Positions 1-12,768 of a stretch of DNA of 64,000 nt are shown here, in pieces; within the stretch, counting starts at the first letter, position 1; each line of letters starts with the position of its first letter. The notes below the pieces were generated by a model, which had not been told where the DNA came from, searched no databases, and saw only the letters and a program-made list of their open reading frames with translations. Source of the stretch: Cetorhinus maximus (Eukaryota); assembly GCF_964194155.1 (NCBI RefSeq), contig NC_135895.1, forward strand, positions 26,474,001 through 26,538,000, given 5' to 3'. The translations under genes were made by a program, and so were the position numbers.

Positions 1-1600
1 AGCCTGCACCTAGATGGATGCTACTGCCATCTAATTGAAGACATTTTTGAGAGACATCCTTCACCATCTGACTTGGGAGCATTGTTGCCACATGCATTAC
101 CTTCCACAACCTGCAGATCCATCAAGAAGTCCATCATCTCCATTCAATTCATTCAACCTCTTCTTCATGAAGAACACAATAAATAGGCCACCAATTCCAC
201 AAGTACCCAATTACCATAATCATTCTTTATCTGGAGAAAAAACAATGAAAACATGAAATAGGCAGTGGCACATACAAATATTAAACTATACACCACAGTG
301 CTTAGCTATAGTTGCTTCTCTTTAAGTCTTCTTGCCTACTCTGTTGCTTCTATGAAGTGTAACACAAGTGGCAGCAGCGCACAAGGTAGATGACTGCTGA
401 GAATCTGAAGAGGGCAGTTAGGATATGCTCCATGATGGCCCTGCCTCAGGCTGCAGCATCTCAGCCGGGGCTTCAGCAGTCTTGGCCACTTGGCTGGCAG
501 GGAACTGCACGGGTAATAGTGAAGTGGCAGGGAGGGAGCAGCAATGCTGGTATCCGGAGAGAGGCCTGTAGTTTCCCACTCCATGATACCCACATCACTA
601 CCTCTGGGTGTCTAGCCATACAACACAGTGATATGGTGGAGGTCAGGTCAATGGAGAGATAAGACACTTTGCAAATCCCTTTCAGTGGAGGAGCCTAGAT
701 CCACCATAACAGCTGCCTGAGCTTCCATTACAACATTTTGCCGTTCCATGGAAGCTGTTTGCCATGGGAACTGCTATGACTACAGCCCAAACTGTGATCC
801 CAGTCATCAGATGCTGCATGATGTTGGTCACTGGATGGAATTGGCCAGCCTCTCTACAATGGAGGATAGGTTCCAGGCTCTGGATCAAGCCCTGGACCAA
901 GCTGGAGGCAGACTCCTCCTTCCCCTGTCCATAATCTGTAAATTTTCAGGCAGGCTCTCCATTGCACCAGGCATTTGGTTTGTCAAACCCACAAGCCTTC
1001 TTCTGAAGCTTGGCACTGCAAAGTCTTCATCCGACTCCTCTGCTGCAGAATTAATGTGCAGCCTAACACCCTGGCAAAGTGGCATCTATAGTGTCCCTTC
1101 TACCCAGCATGGCTTCTGTCCACTAGTGCTCAACGATGCGTGTTACTATGAAGATCCATGTTCAATCTAACCTCTAAGTTACTTGTAATGCCGGTCTCTG
1201 AGCTGCGTTAGTAATTGACACAATACTTCCTTCTTCACCCTCCTCCTTTTCTCGTGGAAGAGGTGGCTCTTTCTCCTCCTCTACTTTCTCTTTGGAAGTC
1301 ATGAAGTAGATCCTGTTCCTGGGAGTCTGTAAGGATAAATCCAGGAGGGTTAGAATGCAGCACGTGCAGCCACCATGAAGAGGATGTGTGTGATGATATG
1401 GAGCAAGGATAGTTTTGAGTATTCAGGTTGTAGGTTTGTAAAGAAACTGGAGTGGTCACATACCCCTACGTGAGATGTCCTCAACTCAGCTTGTGGCCAT
1501 ACTGACTGAAATGTGAGTTGGAAGTACTGCCTTTGAAGGTTGCATGAAGGATGTGTGAATGTCAATGTATATTTAAATGCTTGATGAAGTGTGTTGGAGT
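1..1600. mobile_element. Highly decayed PIF/Harbinger relic (transposase C-terminus on +, possible partner-gene remnant on -)
   Basis: 81-113 translates IVATCITFHNL, resembling the Harbinger transposase C-terminal IVxCCxLHN motif also seen near 6410 and 58911; the rest is assigned only by position and composition. Confidence 0.35.
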
Positions 1601-1619
1601 TGTGATGCTGGTGGTTTTG

Positions 1620-2249
1620 CAGGAAGGACGTAATAGCTCTGGAGAGAGTGCAGAGGAGGCTTACAAGAATGTTGCCAGGGTTAGAAAAGTGTAGCTACTA
1701 GGAGAGATTGGATAGGTTGGGGTTATTTTCCATAAGACCATAAGACATAGGAGAAGAAATTAGGCCATTCGGCCCATTGAGTCTGCTCCGCCATTCAATC
1801 ATGGCTGATAAGTTTCTCAACCCCATTCTCCCCGTAATTTTCCTTAGAACAAAGAAGGCTGAGAGGTGACTTGATTGAGGTTATGAGGGGAATAGATAGA
1901 GTGGACAGGATAAAATTGTTTCCCTTGGTGGAGAATTCTAGAACCAGCGGACATAGATTCAAGATAAGTGGCAGAAGGTGTGGGGGGACATGAGGAAGAA
2001 CTTTTTTTACGCAGAAGGTAGTGGGTGTCTGGAATTCGCTGCTCAAGTTGGTGGTAGAGGCAGAAACTTTAAACTCTTTAAAAAGTACCTGGATCTGCAC
2101 CTTGAGTGCTGTAAGCTGCAGGACTATGGGCCGGGTGCAGGAAGATGGGATTTGAAAGGGCACCTGGGTGTCCTCGGGCTGGCATGGACAAGATGGGCCA
2201 AATGGCCTCCTTCTGTGCTATAACTTTTCTATGGCTCTATGGTTCTATG
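1620..2249 (+). mobile_element. CR1 LINE 3' fragment, interrupted by an antisense CR1 tail at about 1732-1832
   Basis: Encodes RKDVIALERVQRRLTRMLPG (CR1 ORF2 C-terminus) and ends in a short tandem tail TTCTATGGCTCTATGGTTCTATG. Confidence 0.9.
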
Positions 2250-3150
2250 ACTGATCAGTAAATTCGTGAATGACATGAAAATTGGTGGGGTGGTAAATAG
2301 TGAGGATAGCCTTAGATTACAGAAGGATATAGGCGGGCTGGTCAGATGGGCTGATCAATGGCAAACGGAATTTAATCCAGATAATTGTGAAGTGATGCAC
2401 TTGGGCAGGACAAACAAGGCACCAGAAAACATGATGAATGGTAGGACCCTGGGAAGTACTGAGGATCAGAGGGACCTTAAGGTAGCAGGACAGGTAGGTA
2501 AGGTGGTTAAGAAGGCATATGGGATACTTGCCTTTATTAGCTGAGGCATAGAATATAAGAGCAGGGACGTTATGCTGGAACTGTATAAAATGCTGATTAG
2601 GCCACAGCTAGAGTATTGCGTGCAGTTCTGGAATCTGCATTATAGGAAGGATGTGATTGCACTAGAGATAGTGCAGAGGAGATTTACCAGGATGTTGCCT
2701 GGCCTGGAGAGTTTTAGTTATGAGGAGAAATTGGATAGACTGGGGTTATTTTCCCTGGAGCAGAGGAGATTGAGTGGGGGCATGATTAAGGTGTATAAAA
2801 TTATGAGGGGCATAGATAGGGTAGACAGGAAGGAACTTTTCCCCTTGGTGGAGGGATCAATAACCAAGGGGCATAGATTTAAGGTAAGGGGCAGGAGGTT
2901 TAGAGGGGATGTGAGGAAGAAATTTTTACCCAGAGGGTGGTGGGAATCTGGAACTCACTGCCTGAAAGGGTGGTAGAGGCAGAAACCCTCTACACATTTA
3001 AGTATTTTGGATGTGCACTTGTGATGCCATGGCATACAAAGCTATGGGCCTAGTGCTGGAAAATGGGATTAGAATAGTTAGGTACTTGTTTGACTGGCGC
3101 AGACTCAATGGGCCGTAGGTCCTTTTTCTGTGCTGTAGACCTCTATGACT
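2250..3150 (+). mobile_element. CR1 LINE 3' fragment (decayed ORF2 RT C-terminal part)
   Basis: ORFs 2266-2544 and 2572-2976 carry WADQWQTEFNPDNCEVMHLG and LYKMLIRPQLEYCVQFW; TCTATG-type tail at about 3142-3150. Confidence 0.92.
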
Positions 3151-3500
3151 AAGTGTGTTTGTGTGATGGAATCTTACATCAGCCACGTATGTCAAATCAA
3201 TTTTTTTTTGCATCATTGAAGCCATATCCTGGGGGCAGGACTTCTGGCTGTCACCTCCTTGCCAGACTCCTCCCACATCCGCTCCAATATTTGCTTCTGT
3301 TGTTTCCTGCCCCCTTCCCTCCTTCACCCAACCCCATCCTTGGTACAAGACATCCCCCCTCCTCTGTACCTCCTCCACTGTGATCTCCAGTGCCACATTC
3401 AAGAACCTGTGTGCCCTTTCTCTCACTCCCTGAGCTATGCTGGTTATGTGCCGTTGTCTGTCAGCCTGTGCACTTTAAACCTTCATTTAAATTGCAATTG
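3150..3500 (-). mobile_element. Harbinger Myb/SANT-like gene exon-1 relic
   Basis: ORF 2998-3426(-) begins RERAHRFLNVALEITVEEVQRRGDVLY, similar to the RFSDxxLExLLxxVxxxxDVLY start of the copies at 9.5-9.8 kb and 59.9-60.2 kb. Confidence 0.65.
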
Positions 3501-4734
3501 TGAAGGCTGTTGTATTATCACTGCTGATCACGTGTTGTGTTATGGGTTCGTTCCATCACTGCAGTGTCTCAATTATGAGACCTTAAGACTTGTATATTTA
3601 AACATGAACCATTTATTGTTAATCTTTTAACTATTAACAGATCACAGATACTGCCTCACTTGGTGCTGCTGTCTCCATGCAGGATGCTTCCAGAGTGTTC
3701 TCACTAGACTGCTCTCTTAGTCTATTACCATGTGACTCTATACCGTGATCATACCATTGGTACTGCTATTCTCCAGTACCACGTTAACCCTTGCTGTGCC
3801 AAGCACCTTTAGATTACAGTGGCATGCAAGCACATACTACAACATACAACAAAGGCTACATATACAAGTACAAGAGAATTGCTCCTAATCAACACTGACT
3901 GCTAAGCATGCCGGTGTCTGCTTGAGCTGCTCCAGGAACTAAATCATGGTAATCAGCAATTAGCCCCAAAATTGAGAGATTTTTAAACATGTGTGCCTTT
4001 TTGGATTACGCCCAATTAACACCTTTTCCCACAGTAACACCCAGAAAGTTTCGATTTTTTTTCTTACATTTTCTCTCTTTCTGAACCCAATCTTTCTTTC
4101 CTTCTCTTCAGTTTCCTCATCCAATTTGACTCTAACTCACCCTATCTTCGTCTCCGTTCTTTGCTCTGTTTCTTTCCCTTTGCTTAAATCTAATTTGTTA
4201 AGGAGATAGAGTATTCGTCCCATCATTCACCACGGTCCCCAGATACCATGTTAACCCACTTAGCCGTTTTCATTTTCAGTAACTGGCGATGGAAAATGAT
4301 TGAAGCTGGAGAGTGACGAAAACAATCCTACCCTTACACTCACTGGCTCCAGCAAATTCTGGGCCAATACAAGGCAGAATTCAGCTGAAAGCAATACAAC
4401 ACGGGGTAACAGAATAGACAATGCATCACAACTCAATTTAACACTGTCTACAGACATCAATAGAACTCAACACCAGACAATGATCATAGGAATTCATAGA
4501 AATTTGCTTTGAAGACACGGCCATTCAATATGCGACAAAGCATAACATAATGCAGCAAAACACAACTTACTGGAATAGAATAGCACAATGTAGCATACAT
4601 AACATAGCACATCAATAAATTGTAGCGCCATGTGATACTGCATAACACAGTACAGCATTAGCAAGTTGCTCTTACTAAGGATTCACATCCTCTCTATTGA
4701 TTTTGTTGGTGTCCTCAAGTATTACTAAGTTTTA

Positions 4735-5022
4735 CAAAGTATTTACAGCAGAGAAACAGGCCAACTGGCAACACATGTCCATGCTGGTGTTTATTCTCCC
4801 CACAAACCTCCCACCACTCCTCTTTATCTAACCCCATCAACATAATGTTCCACTGCTTTTTCTCTCATGGATTTATCTAGCTTGCCCTTGAACACATCTA
4901 TACATTTGACTCAGTTATTCCCTATGGTAACGAGTTCCACATTCTAACTACTCTGTGAGTAATGTTTATGAGTGACTATTTTATATTTATGGGTCCGAGT
5001 TCCGGTGACATCCACAACTGCA
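4735..5022 (-). mobile_element. Old CR1 LINE 3' fragment
   Basis: Reverse complement resembles the CR1 3' ends elsewhere in the window (CAGAGTAGTTAGAATGTGGAACTC...). Confidence 0.6.
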
Positions 5023-6880
5023 AATATTGGTTGGGAAAATGCGGCCACTTCTGCTGCAGCCCGCATCTCACCCCATGCTGGTAAGAGCAATAGTGGCAGG
5101 CATGCCCTGCATACACCAGAAGCTTTCTCAGAGGAAGATGCTGATATCAATCAGCCTTTAAGGTTGATTTAAAGTATGTTGTGGAAACTTGGACTGTGCA
5201 GGTCCATTGAATGCCTGTGCTCATCACACATGGCCGAACATGCATTCAGCTGAAAGAGGGACGTGCCCACCCCATGAGCACTATTTAAAAGGGCATCCAG
5301 CTTGTACTGAAGTGCTTTTGACTTATTCCTGCTATTGCAAAATTTATGGGAGGCGTGTTTTGGGATGAGTTGTTGCAGAAGGTTGGATTTGGCAGGGAGC
5401 GCTGCTGTATCCTCACAGGCAGGGCAGAGGAGTTTTAGGACCTATCCACACAAAGGCTACAACAGTTATGGAGGCTGTAGTTGCAGTCCCCCTGGGTGTG
5501 CAACACAACAGACAAATGGAGCAGAGACTGCAGAGAAGAGAAACTCTGTGAAGAGGAAGGAGGAGGAGGAGGGCTGCCCACACAAGGCCATAATGACGGA
5601 TGCTTTTCAAGGTGCACTTCTCCTACCTCCACCTCAGCCAGCAACAAAGCCTAAGGCACCCGCAGTTCAATGAGAACAACAACATAACTGTGCAATCACC
5701 TTCAACAAGAGCTGCAGCCACAGAGCAGCCAACGACAGCACTGCCGCTCAAGATTATTGTCATTGTTAACTCCTACATGACCAGATCTTTTCAGGTCAGA
5801 GCAGGTGACATTATGTGAACCAGTATACTATCTGTCACTACATCCGAGAGGTGATGGTGGTCGTGTATGTGAGGAGAGAAGAATTCATCATTCACTCCCT
5901 AACCAAAGAGGAGCAGGCTGAGTAGGCACTCTGATTTGCCAGGAGGGATTCCCAATGGTGCAGGGTGTCATTGACTGCATGCATGTAGCTCTGCAGGTCC
6001 CACATGTCAATGGGGAGCAGTACGGGAATCACAAAGTGTTCAGCTCGATTAATGTGCACTTAAGGTACCACCATGCCCAAACCATCATTTTGATGAATGC
6101 CTGCTATTCTGGCAGCAGCTATAACACCTTCATCCTGCGGCCGTCTTCCATTCCTGCCATCTTTAGATAACAAAACCTAAGACTGTCTGCGTGGAGATAA
6201 GAGTACCTCCTGTACACATGGCTCAGGACCCCACCTCTGCCACCCGACCATGTGAGGACACCAGGCTCACAATAAAAGCTATGCTGCCACCTGAAACACT
6301 GTGGCGCACATTGACATTCTTAAATAACAGTTTCACTGCCTGGACCCACTCGGGGCGGAGTAGGGAGGGGAACAACAGTACATGCTGGAGTCTGTCTCCA
6401 AGTCCTTGGTGGCTGGCTGCGTCCTCTATAACCTCACTATTATGAGGATGAGCCTTTGCCACATGGGATACAGAGGCCCACCTCAGGAGGAGGAAGAGGG
6501 AAAGTGGAGAGATAGAATAGCAGAGCACTCCAGCCATATTTTGATAGCTGGTGAAGCGGAGGTGGTTCAGAATGAGGTAGTAGAAAGGAAGGGATCCAAG
6601 CTTTCCATTCCAGTGTGCTCGGTCTGTAATCCAGATGAGCAATAAAACTAGAAGAAGTCAAGGTCAGAGGATTTGAGAACATGGCTAACCATTACTGCCA
6701 TTGGGCGTGACAACCCCACAGCCATTGATGTCCTCGTGCCTGGCTCTCTGCTAATGCACAACCTGCAGAACCATCTCTGCTCAGTCACTGCCAGGATGTT
6801 GTATTTCTGCCTGTCAATGCAGATGGGAGAACACTGGAAGTTGCGAACAGCTTGCCTTCGGTAGAACCTGACCCACTGAC
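5020..6880 (+). mobile_element. Decayed PIF/Harbinger transposon with HARBI1-like DDE transposase pseudogene (about 5560-6570)
   Basis: PMVQGVIDCMHVAL (first catalytic D), GDKxY-like segment near 6193, AGCVLYNL and acidic QEEEE C-terminus; several frameshifts and stops. Confidence 0.85.
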
Positions 6881-6919
6881 AATCCTATTTGGAAGACAAT
6901 TGTCCCAGTTTCACAAATA

Positions 6920-7237
6920 CAGTGAAATCTTTATTACCTGGCACACAATGGGTGGTGCCGGTTAATCATAAGTGCCGGTTAACAGGGAGTTCCATTTACC
7001 AATGGAATACAGTGCAATACTTGTAGTATGAACTAATATGTAAGTAATCAGGAAGTAAAGAACAGTATTCTTTTCACTTCTAATCTTCAGCAGTAGATTA
7101 AAACATAAATTAAAATTTTAAATAATTCAGTTTACAGGCACAGGTTCCAGATAACTTCTAAATGCTTTGGTTTGGTAAAGTGGTGATTCATATTAGGGGA
7201 ACATCAGAAATTCCAGTTGGTAGAGTGCTGGATAACT
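6920..7237. mobile_element. Tc1/mariner (Tigger/pogo-like) MITE, right end truncated
   Basis: Starts TA|CAGTGAAATCT...; 7205-7237 matches the right subterminal sequence of the copy at 19806-20151 (AATTCCAGTTGGTAGA.TGC.GGATAAC). Confidence 0.6.
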
Positions 7238-7460
7238 ACCATCCTGACTTGTAAACATATCGCCGTTCCTTCACTGTCACTGGGTCAAAATCCTGGAACT
7301 CCCTCCCTAACAGCGCTGTGGGTGTACCTACACCACATGGACTGCAGCAGTTCAAGAAGGCAACTCACCACCACCTTCTCAAGGGCAGCAAGAGATAGGC
7401 AATAAATGCTGGCCCAGCCAGCGAAGCACACATCTCTTGAATGAATTTTTAAAAAAAATT
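7238..7460 (+). mobile_element. 3' end of second CR1/L2-group LINE family (ATGAAT tail)
   Basis: Closely matches the 3' end of the long LINE ending at 44790 (CAATAAATGCTGGCCCAGCCAGC...TGAATGAAT). Confidence 0.9.
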
Positions 7461-8297
7461 AAAATGCACCAAAGCATTAGGCACAAAGTCTGCTGACCCA
7501 CTAACAGGGAAACAGAAAAGAAGCAAGAATATAAGTTCAGAAGTAATCTCTAAAAAGCTGCTGCAGATCTAGACTTCTTTAAACACGTTTCATAAATAGT
7601 ACTCTAGCACCAGGATTTTAAAGAACTGACAACACTGGGAAATTGCATTAACATCACTGGAGCCTAATGTTAATACAATTAACTACTTATTGTGTCAGTA
7701 CAAATCCAACAGGAAAATTGGATGGGACATTAAATTGGAAGAAAGCAGATTCATGTGTTTTTTTTGCTGACTAGTTGTGTTAACTCAATGCTCGTTAATT
7801 GGCTGTAGTTAAGAGATCTGTCCTGGCTAGATGAACATCTTAACCATGTTTGATCTAATTTCTCCTATGGACATATCATCCTTTGCAGCTGGGCTCATTA
7901 GATATAGAAAGCTGAGGCAAAATTCCAGCTTGATTTTACCTTATCTTGCTCAAGCACCAATGTAGTTCTCCTGTTGTTGCCCTGATTGCGATCAGCTCAG
8001 TAGGGTGGAATCTGATTTCCTCTGCTCTGTATGGCTCCCAGGAAGAACATTCAATGACTGGGCCACTGGGAGATTGTTATTTACTTAAAAATGCAGACTA
8101 AAAAACAAGTGTTATTAGAGAGTAGTTTCAATCCACATCAGGTAGATGAACAGAAAAGTACATCAAACACTGATCAGAGGTGCAAATTGTACATTTAACT
8201 CTGAATCTGTATCAGATTTCTATTTAGTTTACTACTCAGTATCTGACCACAGGCACTGGCCAGACAGCTAAAGGAATTGAGTATTGAGTTCAATACA

Positions 8298-8738
8298 AAT
8301 CTACTACCACATCAGTAGTTACTTACATCAGCTAATACCCAGTGATGGTTCTCTCTTCTGAGTCAGAAAGGCGCACGTTCAAGCTCCATTCCAGAGATTT
8401 GAGCGCAAAATCCAGGCTGAAGGATCAGTACAGCAATGAGCATGCGCTGCACTGTCGGATGTTAAATCAAGGTCTGCCTTCTTAACTGGATGCAAAACAT
8501 CCCATTGCACTTTCCCAAAGAAAAGCTGTGCATGTCTCCCCATATTTATCTCTCAGCTGGCATCACTAAGACATATCATCTGGTCATTATCACATTGCTG
8601 TTTGTGGGACCTTGCTGTGTACAGTTTATCTGCCACATTTCTGACATTAAAACTATGATTACACTTCAAAGTACTTAATTGGTTGTAAAGGGCTTTTGAA
8701 TATCCTGAGCTCAGGAAAGGTACTAGATAAATGTAAAG
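8298..8738 (+). mobile_element. Deu-domain SINE (SacSINE1/AmnSINE1-like)
   Basis: tRNA-like head with B-box-like GTTCAAGCTCC at about 8377, then GCTGTTTGTGGGACCTTGCTGTG...ACACTTCAAAGTACTTAATTGGTTGTAAAG, recalled as the DeuSINE 3' region; not database-verified. Confidence 0.7.
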
Positions 8739-8999
8739 GAGTTATTTTGGCCAAAGGGTGTAAACAGGCACTAAATGGGTGCAGGTCTAATAGGACCTGT
8801 CTGGATTTTGCACACAATTTTAGTCTTATTGTTGACTAGCACAATTTGAACCTGCCCAAAGGTGCTACCTCAGAAACCTGCAGCTTTAGCAATCAAGTGC
8901 TGACACAGTTTTCTTGTAGCAGTATGTTTGCTGAAAATGAACAACAACTTGTATTCATATAATGCCTTTAATCTAATAAATCCGGCTAGCCCGCTAGAC

Positions 9000-10053
9000 T
9001 TATCCCCCTACGCTGGGTTGTCCGCCCACGTTGGCATGATTACACACCAATGTCTTTTTACAACTGCACATAGGTGATGTGCACCTGGTGATCTGCACTT
9101 CACTCAGGGCTCGAGGTTTGTTTGTCTATCTTGCTTCAGGCAGCACCCGCGGTCAGTGCCAGGCTTCGCAGACAGCACCGCAGCACTTTTAGGCAGACTT
9201 ATGGGCAGGTCTCTACCTACCAGACCAGCCATAAGGTGGGGGTGGCTTGCTTGGGAAGGGGGAAGAAATGGCCTCAGGCAAGGGAAGAGGCTACAGGATG
9301 AGGGCTGTACTGGGAAGGAGGGTATCCCAGGGTGTGTGTGGGGGCACAAGTTGATCTGTGCAAGTGGACTCAAGATGGTCAGGGCTGAGGATGCAGTCTC
9401 CAGAGGTGATGAGGCCAGATGGAGATGAGAGGGTGTGTGAGAAAGAGTGGATGGTGATGTCCCTTGAGCTGGCAGTGTGCAGGATGCCAGTGAATGTGTG
9501 ATGGGCTCGAGTGTATGAGTTTAGAGTGATGAGATAGTTACCTTACCCAGGTGGCGCGGATGAGGTCATTCATCCTCTATCTGCATTGGATGGCCAACCT
9601 CTTCCGCGCAGCATTGAAACTGATCACCACTGCAACCACCTCCCAAGCTGGAGTAGTAATGTTGCTGCCCCTCCTGTGGCCAGAGTAGGGGTAGAGGACA
9701 TCATGGCAGGTCTCCACAGAGTCCAAAAGGTGCTCAAGGGACATGTCACTAAACCTGGGCGCTGCAGTCTCCTTGCCTTTTGGGGCCATGTCTTATTTGC
9801 AGCAGTTCTGAGCTGAAAGCACGGAGAGGTGTGCACTCAGCTGCATTTTAAATGTGGCGCCCAGTGTGTTGAAGTGGTGAGGCGATGACATGGCAGGCGA
9901 ATCAGAGCCCACTGCCATGGAAACAGCTTGTTTCCTGGGAATGCATAGTTAATGCGGTGAGCTTGAGACGATATGGCGTGAGAAGCCGTCATTGTGGCCA
10001 GTGGGTTACCTGCCCACTACTGCACTTAGTACAAATCTGGGATGATTCCATCC
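9000..10053 (-). mobile_element. Harbinger terminal fragment with Myb/SANT-like exon 1 (9789 to about 9547)
   Basis: MAPKGKETAAPRFSDMSLEHLLDSV...AWEVVA...QCR followed by a GTAAG donor; end sequence CACTTAGTACAAATCTGGGATGATTCCATCC matches the element end at 60410-60440. Confidence 0.85.
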
Positions 10054-10139
10054 TAAATATCCAAGTCTCACAATTAATTTAGAGATAGTGGGGAGGTTGT
10101 GATAGGTGGTGATAAACTAAAGCTACCTCCTCACACCCA

Positions 10140-10820
10140 TTTCCATTGAAGTTATGAAGTACTCTGATTGGTGCCCTGTAGCACATTGCAGGATGGCTCA
10201 GGGATCAAGGGGAGGATGCACAGCTTCTTAGACAAGACACTGGAAGTTCACATTGAAGAGGACCATAGAAGAGGACCCCACTTCATCCTCCATGTCCTGC
10301 TATCCCTTTCCCTTGCAGCATCTGATGGTGCTCTGCCTGGACTCATACCCTCTCCCTATTCCTTGATCAGACCAAGGACCCTAACAGACCAAACACTCCC
10401 TTTCTCTTGGTCACTCCTATCAAGTGTTCCAATAAGATGGAGTAGCACAGCACTTACTCTTTATAGGTAAGGCTTCAGAAAATTCCTGGAATAAATATGG
10501 CTGAAGTCCTGGTGGAAGTGTTCCAGAAAGTATCACAATGTGTTTCAGAGGTCCTCTTCACTGCTCCAACAGTGCTGACTATCCCTATAAGTAGTGCTTG
10601 AAATTAACATTGATTCCTCATTTAGACCCAAACAGCTGGTAGCTGTTAGGAGATGGTATTAGGCCAAGTGATAGCCAACAAAATGCATTACGATCTTTTT
10701 CGGAGTGCTAGCAGGCACTTTAAATGACAATCAGCCGTTTAAGAAGCATCTTGTGCTAAACATGGGCTAAACTGGTGTTACAGCTTTGAACCCGATTAGC
10801 TACCTCAGCAAAAATTACCT
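10140..10820 (-). mobile_element. Decayed Harbinger 5'/transposase N-terminal relic
   Basis: Similar by eye to the relic at 28900-29590 and to the region upstream of the transposase at about 5.3-5.7 kb. Confidence 0.4.
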
Positions 10821-12112
10821 CCTAAGTCTTGCCTTCTTTAAATGCAGTTTCATTCTAGAAAGGCTATTCAAATTTTGATCTGATAATAATCTACCAGATC
10901 AATAGATATTTACATGGAACTACAATTAGTTGGATCATTAGGTTAACAGAGATCCACATCATAGACCTTGGCCACAGGGGAGTCAGTGGTGCCACAAAAG
11001 CCGATCAAAGAGTGATTAGGAATGAACGTCAAGAAACTGATTTACAGAAATCCACATCTGTTGAAATTTACATTAGAAAATTAACCAGCAACTTGAATAG
11101 CAGTCTACATACAGGCACTGGCCATAGCTACTAATGGGAACCTAATAAGATGAGACTTCATGAATATTGATTGGAGCTATAAATAGAAAGTGCAAACATC
11201 AATCAGTTAGTCCAACTAAAATTTATTAGACAATTTGGGAGGGTGAAATTACTCTCAGTGGGATTTGAAACAAACACTGTAGTCTATGCTGTGACATTTC
11301 TCCGGATGCTGTTTTAATGCATTTGTTTAGCCCTGTTTTTGCTTCTTACCAAATAAACTAGAGTAGTATAGTGTGGAATTTCCTACTAAATGGGTTTTAT
11401 TACAAAAGTTTTGCCCACTTCTATTAAATATTTATCAACTGGGTAAGTATAGAGTGCATAAGTTACTGATCAGCCGGATTATTAATTATTTATTACATTT
11501 TTATTATAAGATTGAATAGGATTATGCATTACAAGCAGTAAAAACTGCAACATCAAGCACTGTTCAATGAGCTTTAGAAAAATCTACATCACTGACCCTG
11601 ATCAAATGGATATCCAATGTTGCATAGGTCAATCCATCACATTCTTCATCCTGCAATGATCAACTGGGACAATTGTCATCTAAATTTGCCATTGATCAGA
11701 GGGGTCAGTTGAGAGGTACATTCAACACTGACAAGCCAGGTCAATAAGGATTTATCATAGTCACTGGCCAACTGTACCAATAAAGAACCATGGTAGACAC
11801 GGATCACGTGCATTAATAGAAATCAACATCACGGAACCTTATTGGCCGGAATATCAGAAATCTACACCACACTTTAATACATTGAATCAATTAAAATACA
11901 AATGAGACACTTATCGAGCAGCACAGTATCAACTTACTGGTAAATAAGATCGATAGAAACCTACATCATAAATTGAGTAGAATGATCAATAAAAACCATG
12001 AAATCCTGCAGCTTTGAAATGTGCAGTTCCCCACAATGTGGTTTTACAAGTGAATTGATAATTGCAGAGGGAAAACAGGGGAACTCCCTTTCTTTGCTTA
12101 AAAAAGGAAAGA

Positions 12113-12200
12113 GAGATTTGTGTTTATAAAGCATTTTCATTCCCACTGGCCCTCTCAAAGCACTTTCTAGCCAATAGAGTATTTTTGAAATGTAGTCAAA
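12113..12200 (-). mobile_element. DeuSINE/L2-type 3' tail fragment
   Basis: Reverse complement (TGACTACATTTCAAAAATACTCTATTGGCTAGAAAGTGCTTTGAG...TTTATAAACACAAAT) matches 8656-8738. Confidence 0.6.
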
Positions 12201-12471
12201 TGTATGAATGAAGAGTAAATTATAATAACCATCTACGTTAAAGGTATGTATATACACCACTGCAAAAGAGACTTGTAAAGTACAGTATATATTAATAAAC
12301 ATTATCGCTATCTTGGTAGTATGTGCAGAATGGATGATTAGATGTTGATCACATAAATGCAATATGAATGACTGGAAGCACAGCATGAAGTTAAACAGAA
12401 GGATAATTAGATGCGCCATATGTAATCATTTTGAAAGGAAAGTGATGTGAAGTATGAAATATTAAAGCAGA

Positions 12472-12597
12472 AGAAAAATAAAACACTGCAAATGCTGAGA
12501 ACCTAAAATAAAAACAGAAAATGCCAGCAACACCCAGCTTGTCAGGCAGCAAACCTAAAGAGTTAACATTTCAGGTCATTGACCTTTTGTCAGAGTA
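12472..12597 (-). mobile_element. Penelope-derived terminal-repeat fragment with decayed hammerhead-like motif
   Basis: Matches 62805-62934; minus strand reads CTGACAA-AAGGTCAATGACCT-GAAATGTTAACTCT. Confidence 0.6.
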
Positions 12598-12677
12598 CAG
12601 TTTTCGAATAATATTAGCTGGTTCTCAGCCACTGTTTGTCAAAAACATTCGCCTAAAATTTTCCCTGAAGCTTTTTT

Positions 12678-12768
12678 TCATTCATTCACGGGATGTGGGC
12701 TTCGCTGGCTGGGCCAGCATTTATTGCCCACCCCTAGTTGCCCTTGAGAAGGCGGTGGTGAGCTTTTT
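12678..12768 (-). mobile_element. Short 3' end of the ATGAAT-tail LINE family
   Basis: Reverse complement of the tail at 44700-44790. Confidence 0.85.

Noticed and set aside
4530-4660. Regularly spaced short repeats (also 48440-48830 and 49860-50040) as a CRISPR-like array
   Set aside because: Degenerate micro/minisatellites with no constant repeat-spacer structure and no cas genes; eukaryotic context.
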